From Geosiphon pyriformis uo1 (taxonomy: Eukaryota > Fungi > Glomeromycota): 13,590 bases of DNA. Numbering within the stretch: position 1 is the first letter of the stretch; every line of letters starts with the position of its first letter. Under the pieces are notes generated by a model. That model was not told where the DNA came from, made no database searches, and was given only the letters and a program-made list of their open reading frames with translations. The stretch is from contig JAAOMT010000173.1 in assembly GCA_016748015.1 (NCBI GenBank), positions 1-13,590 of the forward strand. Direction: 5' to 3'. The position numbers and the translations under genes were made by a program. Below, piece after piece: positions 1 to 9,889 of the stretch.

Positions 1-382
1 TTTTAAACTCCCTAACGCTTTCATCATCGATAACATTTAGTTGAAAAAATTTAATTTCAACTAAGCCGCCATCAGAGACTAATACTCGATCCTTTTCTAA
101 TTCTGAGCTTAATTCTTGAAGAGCCAGGGTTCCACGTTCCGTATCTCGTGCCGTGAGATAGATGACGAGTTTTTGAGAGGCTCCAGGCTGGTCATGAGCA
201 TATTCTTTAGCAATACCTTTGACTATTGCTTTACCGATTCCCTTATTCTGTTGAAACCAAAGTTTAGAATTTATTAATTAACATTTTCAAGGATTAATGC
301 CCACTCGTTTAGACAACGTGAATTCTTAAAAATAACGTACAGCTCCAGTTACGATAATGACGCGAGTATTTTTTGCAACCAT
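1..382 (-). CDS. Classical SDR oxidoreductase, carbonyl reductase (CBR1-like), copy A; 5' part only, runs off the window (exon 1 382-341, intron 340-248, exon 2 247-<1)
   Basis: Manual splicing gives MVAKNTRVIIVTGA|NKGIGKAIVKGIAKEYAHDQPGASQKLVIYLTARDTERGTLALQELSSELEKDRVLVSDGGLVEIKFFQLNVIDDESVREFK. It has the Rossmann TGxxxGIG motif (VTGANKGIG), VIYLTARDxERG and a F.QL.V.D..SV segment typical of carbonyl reductases. The intron is a 93-nt phase-0 GTACGT...CAG. Confidence 0.93.
248..340 (-). other. Spliceosomal intron 1 of SDR copy A (93 nt)
   Basis: GTACGT donor and CAG acceptor on the minus strand; removal restores the TGANKGIG motif in frame. Confidence 0.9.
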
Positions 383-622
383 TTCGAGTCGATTTTATGA
401 AACTTAGTTTTAGTAATATAGTGACGCGACATCATTTTATAGTGATTAGATTAATAGGTCTACGCAATTAATTAATAATCCTTTCATCGTCATCCTTAAT
501 TTGATTACTAATTACTTTTTTCATAAAGTAAGTCAACACTCAGATCTATTACCTGACTGATAAATTAAAAGAAATACTTGTCGACGTTTCGAGCAATAGT
601 ATTTGTAATAGTATGTTAATGG

Positions 623-657
623 CAAGGCGGTTTATATATGTAAATAATACCGCCTTG
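623..657. repeat. GC-rich hairpin CAAGGCGGT-17nt-ACCGCCTTG
   Basis: Perfect 9-bp inverted repeat (623-631 / 649-657), extendable inwards with a bulge, 10 bp from the IR boundary. Confidence 0.8.
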
Positions 658-1133
658 AGAAAATTTAGATATCATGTCGAGATAAAAAAAATATTGAATC
701 CCCAAAATCTACTTTTGTAAGTATATTAATTAACATAAACCAGACTTTCAGGTTTGTAATTTATTTTAAACCGTTAATACCGTTAAATAATTTACATAGT
801 AAAAAATATAGCATTTATTCTACTTATTTCACGAATATGTGTTCCGATAGGGTTGCGATAAATGATTGTATTAGGGTTTTACTATGTTATCACACCCTTA
901 GCCTCTATAACAACTAATTTTTTTTTCTTATGCGCAATACCGTAGATCGTGGTGCGCTTTCACGAGAAGCAATTTTTTTAATAAACGATAATTGCCTTTT
1001 GTAATAATTAATTACAAAATGTGACATCATATCATGATTATCAATTTAAGTGTAACAATCATAATCAAAAGTGATAATGAAATTTCTCGAAGGTATGATG
1101 ACTTTTTTGATATAATAAAGCTGACAAAAGGGA

Positions 1134-1390
1134 AACAATGGCAGATAAGTATATTTAGAGAAAACGCCAAAAACTTGTGCTTTAAAGACCGTGCGAGTAT
1201 TTTTTAAAGTTTTAATTAGCTTTTAATTAAGGCTTTCGAAATTGATTGATTGATTGATTGCTTGCTTAGTTTTTTATTATTTATATTGTCTCCTAAGTTA
1301 AAACAATAGTTTATTTGAGTAAGTTATCCGATAATTTAGGAAGTTCAAGGAAATCACATCTCCTACTTGCCGGGTTATCTAGAGGTAAAA
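1134..1390. repeat. Diverged inner inverted-homology block, left (pairs with ~12708-12930)
   Basis: Shared anchors in the same order: aacaatggcagataa, gagaaaacg, aaacttgtg, aaagaccgtgcgagt, tttaattagcttt, aacaatagtttatttgagt, aaggaaat.acat.tcctacttgc. About 80% identity by eye. Confidence 0.92.
1241..1267. repeat. (ATTG)5 microsatellite followed by CTTG units
   Basis: attgattgattgattgattgcttgctt; absent from the right-hand homologous block. Confidence 0.9.
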
Positions 1391-1610
1391 CACTCCCATA
1401 ACATATTTTTAATTGTTAAGATTTTATTTTTAATTATCACATGGGTTTTTTCTGAAATTCTAGAAAAAGCATTTGATAACTATTTCTTAAACAACCATAA
1501 AATAAATCACTATCAGTTAGTTCATAATAACATATTTACTAAACTTTAAAATAAAAAATATATATATAGTATATAAATTTCTACCATTCTCTTTTTCTTT
1601 TCTTTGCTTT

Positions 1611-1617
<7 letters not shown>

Positions 1618-1648
<31 letters not shown>

Positions 1649-1653
1649 TATTA

Positions 1654-1694
<41 letters not shown>
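1618..1694. repeat. (TTA)n microsatellite
   Basis: Directly visible, two interruptions. Confidence 0.97.
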
Positions 1695-1695
<1 letters not shown>

Positions 1696-4150
1696 ATTTT
1701 TATTATTAGAAAAGTAAATAAACTCATAATTTTTTAATCTTTAAATTTTTTAAATTAGTTATAGCTATACTGGTTAAAAATGAAAATAATTTATATTCTA
1801 AAATTTAAAAAATTAAAACAGCTATTTAATATAAAGACCAAACAATTCAGATTAAAAAATTGAAACTATTTCAATTGAAAATAATTTTTTATGCAATTAA
1901 ATTAAAATCATGTTGAAAATTTATTAAACTATTCACAAAGCACCAGAGCACATTAGAGCTCCGAAGTTACTAATTATTTTGCTAGTTTTCAAAATTTTGA
2001 AATAAGATTGCTGCTAGATTTACAAAATTAACCGAATAAACTTTGCAATTTAATTATATTATAAAATAGTTATTTTAAATAATACATGTATTATTATTTA
2101 AAAGTTAAGTAAACTAATTTTGAAAACAATAAATACAAAAATCTCATTAATGGGAATATTTTATAATTGTAATTTTTTTTTAAAAACCAGTCTTTTTCGA
2201 GATATAATTTTTAAAATTAAATTTTATCAATATAAAAAAATTATCAGTATAAATTTTAGTATTAATATAATGGTTGAAAAGGGAAAGTTTAATTATAAAA
2301 ATATTTTATTTAACAAAAATAAAACTGTTTAAGCAATGATTCAAATAAAAAGTTAAAATTAGAAATATTAGGTTATTAACAATTTTTAATGCTTTTGCTT
2401 AATAAACTCTTTAAAAATCTAAATAGTAGCATATTACTTTAATTAAATTTATTGACTTTTGCTTTATGAACTAATATGTTTCTTTAATATATTAATTTCT
2501 GTTTTTAATTTTCACAATTATAAAATCTAAAATTAAATTCGTTAATTTTAAAATGTAACAAAGTATAAACTTCTCTTTTAAACACTTTATTATTCAAATA
2601 TTTTGGTTTAAGTTTTATTTTAAAATTTTTAGAGAACAGATATTTCACTTTTTTAAGTATATTTTATAAATTATATTTTTAAAATTTTTCTATTAGTTTA
2701 TAATGTTGTTGGTATTTAAATTCTATATTTAATTTTTTCCATTTGAAATGTTTATAGAGGTTAATATTTTTTCAGAAAATTTGCCTTTTAAACTATTTTT
2801 GTAAGTTCTTAAAATAAAGTCCTCAATGTTTCTATTAGTGGAATAGAGCCACTTTTTTCTTTTTTAAGCGATAATAAGTTTATATAGTTAAACCTCTTTC
2901 ATTTAAAAAGCATAACTTTCTGCCATTGAATATATTTGTAATTTAGCAGGTTTGAATAAACTTTCTACCTAACTCTAATTTTATAGAATGGAAAGTTTTT
3001 AACATGAATTTTTGCATTAACTGTGAAATTTTTCCCTGTTTCAACTTGTAAAGTGTAGCACAGTCTTGTATAACTTGGCATTGTAGAGTACAACCAGCGT
3101 AATATCACATTAGAATGCATCATATTCTCCGACACGCTTGTATAGTTGGGAGCTATTTTCATCTTAATTCTATTTTTAAAAAAATTGTCGATTATGTAAT
3201 GTACGAATTATGAACACCAATAAAAGCCAGAGTATAAAAAAATTATGTATTAAATGGTAATTTAAAAAATTGGGAAGGGTATGGCAAAAATGAAATTCAA
3301 AATGGAAATATAAGAATGAATAATAAATTTAAAGATTTTTACATTTATTATCATTCATAAAATTTCGGAATTAGATAATAAGATATACAAATTAATTTTA
3401 TTTAACTTACAAGAACGTGGAAAATCAGGGAATATTAATTTTGAATGAAAGTTAAAATTTTGAAATGCAATAAGGAATAAGAATATAATTCTTATTTTTA
3501 ATCACTTTTTTTAGTTTAAAATTTGAGAATTTTTTATAAAAAGTGAATTCCTAACAAATTTTAGTTTAAAGAGTGTTTTTAAAAAACTAAATTTTCAAGT
3601 TTTCTTTAAATCAACAAATAAAAAATATTTCTCAAAATTCAATATCTCTTATTTAAAGCTTTATACATAATTGGAAAAAAAGAAAGATTCTTCAATTGTT
3701 TAAACTTTTATTATTATTATTGAAAATCCAACTTTAAAATTTAAAACGATGAATTCTTTAAAGACTTTTTATCTTATTCAAAGATCTGACTTTACAAATT
3801 AATATTTCTATTATTCTTTTCTTAAACGTAAAAGTTTATTACTTTCCTGGTAAACTTTAATTTTTTTGTTTTTTCGTTTTAGAGTTCGAGATTTTCAAAA
3901 TGGATAAAGTATCATAAAGATAAATATGAATTTCGTCATTCCATGCTGCTTTGTTTAGGTATTAAAATTTCTCCTGTCAAATTCTCAAGAAGTTAATATC
4001 AAGAAAATTCTTTTTGGAAAACAGTAAACCCGAGCTTTTAATTGATTTCTTAATATTGTATTTCGGAATATTAAAAACACTAAACCTCAAGTATCTACTT
4101 TACTCGTCAATATTTTTCCAAAGTTGACCATTTAAAAAACTTCAATTTAA

Positions 4151-4618
4151 AAACGTTCTATAATTCCGAACCAATTGCTTTTTCGTTTTTATTTCCCATT
4201 CTCGGATTTCTATCATAACATTCACGTTAGGGTACCATGTAAAGGGTACCAAAGAAAGGGAAAGACTTTTGCAGAAAACCATTTATCTAGGATTCCTGGA
4301 AAAGAGTACCAAGTTTTTCCGTATCAACAAAATGGTTTTCTTATTTAATATCATTTTAAAACGGATCATTTTCATTTTTATCTAAAAGTGTATAATGAAA
4401 AGAAAAATGTTTCTTGGAATACTATCAAATCAGGGTCCTTTTTATTCTAAAAAGCATCTGATTGTGGGACTAAGCGAAGAGTGAATTATCTATCATTCAT
4501 TGAGATTGGTGAGCCCTATTATCAATGCGAGATCATGCAAATTTAATTCCATATAGAAGCTACAAATGGAACTATTTCTAAGAAAGTTCAGCGCTCTTTA
4601 AGGATGATCTGTGCATAG
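4151..4618 (+). pseudogene. Possible decayed coding relic of unknown family
   Basis: One frame runs 155 codons with only three internal TAA stops (4346, 4448, 4544), few for such AT-rich DNA: ...FYHNIHVRVPCKGYQRKGKTFAENHLSRIPGKEYQVFPYQQNGFLI*YHFKTDHFHFYLKVYNEKKNVSWNTIKSGSFLF*KASDCGTKRRVNYLSFIEIGEPYYQCEIMQI*FHIEATNGTISKKVQRSLRMICA*. No motif recognised. Confidence 0.35.
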
Positions 4619-5300
4619 GATCTGTCGATTTATTTATTTTTAGGCAATAAATCGACCCCAACCTCGGTTTCTTTATTCGTTCATCCGTAATCAAGTATCC
4701 TTTTTTCTTTTTTTCTTTTTTTTTGAATCTACCATTTATAATTCATAATAAATAAATGTAATAAGTTATACGGAGGTTTTAAAATGAAAAGTTATGATTC
4801 ATTCAAAAAGTCTCACTTTAAGAATTAAAGTTTTTAAAGAAATCTATCCCATATCCTATGATGTTAGTTTTCTTTGACCTAAACACACAAAAATTCACCC
4901 TATTTGACGGGGCAACCCTTGAAGCCGACATCTTTTGTACAACACACGCTTTTCGAATCCGGACATATTATTTATTTGACAAATTTTTTTATTATTTGAT
5001 TACAATATAAAATGTCTGTATTTCATTTCTAAATGTGCATATTTAATATGTCGGGTAAAATTAAGAAGTTAACAAATTGGGTGAAAAGATTATAGTGGGC
5101 TGGAAAAGTGCAGTAAGCAGGTGGACGGGCTTCTATTTGGAGAATTGTAAAAAAAAAAAGCCTTAAAGAATATAATCTAAAAAAAAATATAATGTCTATT
5201 GTAAGATGAATCATGTTGAAACAATAACAGAAAAAGAATTTGGTAAACGCTTAGCAGTTCTTAGCACTCGCCAATCACCTACTGAAAAAAAAACCTATAA

Positions 5301-5355
5301 TTTTATTTTATCCTATTTTATTTTATTTTATTTTATTTTATTTTATTTTATTTTA
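5301..5355. repeat. (TTTTA)n microsatellite
   Basis: Directly visible, one interruption. Confidence 0.95.
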
Positions 5356-5805
5356 TTTATAGAGCAAAAAATATATAAATACAAAGGGGTAACGGAGTAT
5401 CCTTTTTGAAATTCAAAAATTTACAAAGTAATCAAAGAGATTAGAATTTTTAAAAGAGCCAGTGAAACTAAAAAAGACAAATTCACAGAAAGAAAATAAA
5501 CTGTGAAGCGTTGAAACACCTTCTCTTTTTTCCCCCAATTTCTAACACTATCACACCTTGTTACACATAATAAAACAAGAACAGGAAAACCTGAACATTT
5601 GATTTTCTTGAAAGAGCTTTCTATTTTTTTTTGGTACTCCCCTAAATTTTAATTATATATAGAAGCAATCAATCTTCCAAACTTGTCGTTGAAATTTTTA
5701 CCCCGTGAAAATTAAAATATATCCTCGTGGGTTTTTATTTGGAATTTTGAAACCGAACGATCGATCTCAACCTCGTTTTCAAAAATTATTTGACATTAAT
5801 TTATA

Positions 5806-6073
5806 ATGGTTTCCAACGACGACATCAAAACATCTTCGACTACTGATGAAATCAACGCCGCCGTTGCTGATTCCCCTACTGGGGTTGTGGTCATATTTCC
5901 TAATTCAATGATTTGTGAGGAACCACTCGAGTTTATCGCAGAAGGGGATATTGAAGATTTTTCGGCTCTAGATCATAAAGTTGAACGACACAGTAAGTAT
6001 CTTTAATAAATGATTTATTGGTCGCTCACTTAATTAAAAATTTATTTCCTGTTTCTAATTATCTTTTCATTTT

Positions 6074-6106
<33 letters not shown>

Positions 6107-6314
6107 TCTTTCTTTCTTTCTTCTCTTTCTTTCTTTCTTCTCTTTCTTTCTTCTCTTTCTTTCTTCTCTTTCTTTCTTCTCTTTCTTTCTTCTCTTTCTT
6201 TCTTTCCTCTCTTTCTTTCCCTCTCTCTCTCTCCCAGGAAAACGTAGATTAATACGTGAAAGAGCTGGTCGTATTTTACGTTCAAGTAACTCTGATAAAC
6301 AACAATCGACTTAG
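5806..6314 (+). CDS. Small two-exon hypothetical protein, 87 aa (exon 1 5806-5992, intron 5993-6237, exon 2 6238-6314)
   Basis: ATG in ataATGG context and GC-richer, protein-like codons. Perfect GTAAGT donor at 5993; the next AG after the donor is CAG at 6235-6237. The phase-1 join gives MVSNDDIKTSSTTDEINAAVADSPTGVVVIFPNSMICEEPLEFIAEGDIEDFSALDHKVERHRKRRLIRERAGRILRSSNSDKQQST*. It links ORF-track entries 5806..6006 and the tail of 6018..6314. Confidence 0.72.
6062..6235. repeat. Compound (TTTC/TC)n polypyrimidine microsatellite inside the intron
   Basis: ~170 nt almost purely C/T on the + strand. Confidence 0.97.
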
Positions 6315-6814
6315 ATGTCTTGTTTGCAAAGAACTTTCGGTTTATAATAAAATAGTCTTGCTCATGCTTCTGCTGCTGCCGTTCCTACCACCATTGCATC
6401 GAAACAAAACTCCTCACGTATCTTGTATCATGTCCCTACAAGATACACACCTTTATTAGAAAAATATTTTTCTACATACAGGAGAATACTCTTTTTTGTT
6501 TTATTGTCATCTTTTTCATAAAAAAACTTTTCAATGTAAAGAAATTTGATGCACACGTTGCTGCTTATTGCTGAAAATTTTTTCCATATCCTAATCCTTT
6601 CGTAACCAACAAGATACGAGTTTAGTGGTTCAAATGAGTTTTTGGCTACAATGTCAATTTTTATCCTTTTTTATAAATTGAATAATTTCAAAGTAGAGTT
6701 TTTTATTTTAAATGTCGTATTTAATTTAAGAGAATTTGGGCAATGGTGGTGTTAGGTACAATGTTATCGGAATATTGAGAAAGTTGATTAATCAAAAACT
6801 ATCTTTTCATGTTC

Positions 6815-6840
6815 TATTATTATTATTATTATTATTAATT

Positions 6841-6880
<40 letters not shown>
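6815..6880. repeat. (TAT)n microsatellite
   Basis: Directly visible; explains the poly-L/poly-I ORF 6736..6918. Confidence 0.97.
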
Positions 6881-6881
<1 letters not shown>

Positions 6882-9391
6882 TAACCAGTTTCCTTCCTAT
6901 TCACGCATGTACAAATGATTTACATATTTCATAATTTTTTATAGACTCATTATCCTTTGCATTTCATAAACTTTTTTTTACAACTAGTTCTTTCTGGATT
7001 ATTCATTTTGAACATTTATAATAAAAGAAAAAAAGTCAGTTTATTTTGTACAAAGAGAAATTAAAATAAATATGATTACGGTTGTATCAGGTATTGCATA
7101 TTGGTTTAAAAAACGTGTTTAAAAAAAAATTGAAATTGGGTAAAAAAGTCTATCTACTTTAAAACCAACTTATGATATAACAGCAGCAAATGTAATACTT
7201 GAAAAATTTATATGAAATACATGAATTTAATGTTATACCAATTTTTAATTAGTTGTACAAATATACATATGGAAATCATATTCGATCCTTAAAAATTTTT
7301 TCTTTGAGGTAACACTTTTTATTTTTTAATTAAACCCAAAAGAACACAGATTTAATGCATTCGATTAAGGAAATTTCAAAAAAAAATTTACCGGAATAAA
7401 AAGAAATATATTCATGTCTCATCACTTTTTTTTTCATTGTGAATTTTCTAAATAAAGTTTCTTGTGAAAAAAAAATTTTTTTTTTTTTTTTCATTCCTAA
7501 AAACATATTTACCATAGAAAAAAAATATATATATATCAATCGAATATTCGATCTTTAAAATCAGAATAAAATTTCAAACTAAAAAGTTTTTTTATTGTGG
7601 GAAAAAAATGAGACATTAATTTTACAAAAAAGATACCAAGTGACCAAGGAGTAATTATTGAATCTATAAAATTTCTTTCATTTGTTTATTTCTCTAGTAT
7701 TTTATTTATAAATTCGTGTGAACAATTTTTGGGTTAGGTCCCATAAATTATTCAAAAGTAATTTTTTGAAAGCAACAAAGGCAATTCTTTAATCCCTTTC
7801 AGAATAATTCATTGTAGTGATAGAATTGCTTGTGTATCCAATACTAAAATACCTCCTGATTATATGTGTCCTTTGAACGTACAAGAAATATGCAATAAGA
7901 ACTTGAATTAAATCTATAAAAGGTATTTTACGACAGACATTAAAAATAATCATTGTGTTTGGCAATATGAAAAATTGAAGTACAAACGTGATAACAATCA
8001 TAACTATTTGAATAAAAGAACTAACTAACCCTGATACATCAGAATTTGTCGGAGATAAGAAAGCTTTAAACTTGATTATTTAGCCGTTCTCCTTAGAGAT
8101 CCTTTCAAATATTTACTTTTGCCCAAGTACACAGGAAAAAGCTAAATTATAAAATTCTGACCATCGTGTGACGTCATTAGTGTTATTTAGAACAGCAGTT
8201 CGGCCTTTCCCTTTTTTTCCGGAATTGTTGATTTCCCCTCCGAAAAACTATTTTTGATAAACAAAAAAGAATTTTCTAATATTGATAAACAAAAAGAAAT
8301 TTTTTAATTTATGTTAAGGGGTTTTACCAGTGAAACAAGCTATTACGGTAATCAACCAAGTTTTTAATTTTCCACAAAGTCCCAACCTGACTCGAATGAT
8401 TCTTTCCTTTATAATTTTCAAAATAAAATTATTTTTTGTTCAAATGAATTTTATCCTGGAATATTTTCTTGGATACTGAGAAACGTTCCTTCCCGAAGAT
8501 CACGTAACGTAGATCAAAATTGAACGCGTACAATTACGCTTTTATATAAATTTCGTTTTTTCACAAAGAAATATCTTCCTTCCCTTAAAAGTTTTTGATT
8601 TATGATGATCAAAAATCCCACGATTGACAATAATTTTTCCATGTTCACAACAGCATGTGATAATCAAAGTTGTCAAACCATGTTTTTTCGGGTACGACAT
8701 TTTAAACGGTAAAATTTATCTCTTGTTGTGAATAAGACCAAATGGAGAGCACCGGGGCAAAATAATTGCTTATGAATTATGCATTGGCTTTGAACAAGTA
8801 ATATCTTTAGATTTCTCATTGTAGAAATATAATTGAAAATTGAAACTCATAAAGAAAGAGTTTCAACAACAAAGAAAATAATGGAGCCTTAATATCTTCA
8901 ATAATTTGGAAACGTCTTTTGTATTGCCTTTCAATAGCTTGTAATTTCTTACGATAATAGTGCTTTACTTTTTTTTTAAGAGTATTTTAGTAAATATTAT
9001 TTTTTTTCTTGGAAACTTAACGCGACCAATTCTAATAATGTTATTTATTATTGAATACATTGTCTTGGATTTCTGGTTTCAATGGATGCCATAATTATAA
9101 TATTTTAGAAAATAAAACTTACTAAACATAGAGCAGATGAGTATGCCTTTTCTTTCCTCAACTTTTGAGTAAAAAAAATATAAATCACTATGGTGGTGGT
9201 TGGAAATGGAAGCTAATACTCCTAGTCTTTAAAAGGTAGATAGAGCTTTATAGGCAAAATTTAAAAACACATCATCATCTTTTTCAAGACACTATAATTG
9301 CTTGGATTCAATATAGAAAAATTGACAACTCAGCGAACGTCAAAGAAGAATCAAATTAATCAAAAAAAAAGACAGCAATATAAAGACATCC

Positions 9392-9820
9392 ATGATTGGT
9401 GACTCCCAATTCTACCCTGTTACTCAGGTATTTTGTCACTAACATGGATAATATTTTCTAAATTTTAATCTGCTATTAAAAATATTAGGACTTTTGCGCT
9501 ACTCGACATCTGGTCATATGCTGAATTTTTAGCACACCATCGTGATACCTAGTGTAGAAAAAATAAATAGTTGATAAGCAACAAGAAAAATATCAGGAGT
9601 GAGGCAAAACATGAGGTGCAAAAACATTTTTGAATGTAAAATTACAGTGTAAAAATTTAAGCATATATTTATTGTAGTTACTTGGTTTATTCATGTTGTT
9701 GACACCACCACTACTTCAAACAAGCAAAAGAAGTTGCAAAAAGTTCGAAATTACAAGAGTGAAAAAATTTCCACCTCACAAATGGAAGCGGAGCTTAACC
9801 TGTCGATAATAAGGATCTAG
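9392..9820 (+). pseudogene. Possible decayed intron-containing gene
   Basis: ATG exon MIGDSQFYPVTQ (9392-9427), then a 61-nt GTATTT...TAG candidate intron, a frameshifted segment ...DIWSYAEFLAHHRDT*, and an open run TWFIHVVDTTTTSNKQKKLQKVRNYKSEKISTSQMEAELNLSIIRI* after an AG at 9676-9677. Confidence 0.25.
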
Positions 9821-9889
9821 TAAAAGATTTAAAGGTAATGATATACACGTAAACGGGAGCATGGTGGCATGTCTAGTGAATCCAATTAT

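Larger units (their letters stand above)
1..613. repeat. Left arm of near-perfect inverted repeat (pairs with 12978-13590)
   Basis: Base-by-base comparison: position p pairs with 13591-p, with a single mismatch at 521/13070. Identity ends after ...atttgtaatagta (613). Confidence 0.98.

Noticed and set aside
997-1019. 9-bp inverted repeat TTTTGTAAT/ATTACAAAA
   Set aside because: AT-rich stem expected by chance at this composition.
1367-2332. ORFs 1367..1549 and 2120..2332
   Set aside because: TTG starts and F/I/K/N-biased composition expected from random AT-rich DNA.
5206-5409. 67-aa ORF with FILFY repeats
   Set aside because: Reads through the (TTTTA)n repeat; no other support.
6067-6285. 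K/E/R-rich 72-aa ORF (minus) and the F/L/S-rich part of ORF 6018..6314
   Set aside because: Translations of the (TTTC)n microsatellite; only 6238-6314 is used, as an exon.
6736-6918. Hydrophobic poly-L/poly-I ORF
   Set aside because: Artefact of the (TAT)n repeat, with a TTG start.
7330-8001. Minus-strand ORFs 7330..7539 and 7789..8001
   Set aside because: Homopolymer-driven or motif-less; no splice model found.
8169-8176. Perfect CRE palindrome TGACGTCA (also ACGCGT near 8524 and 11598)
   Set aside because: Isolated short motifs with no associated gene; could be chance.
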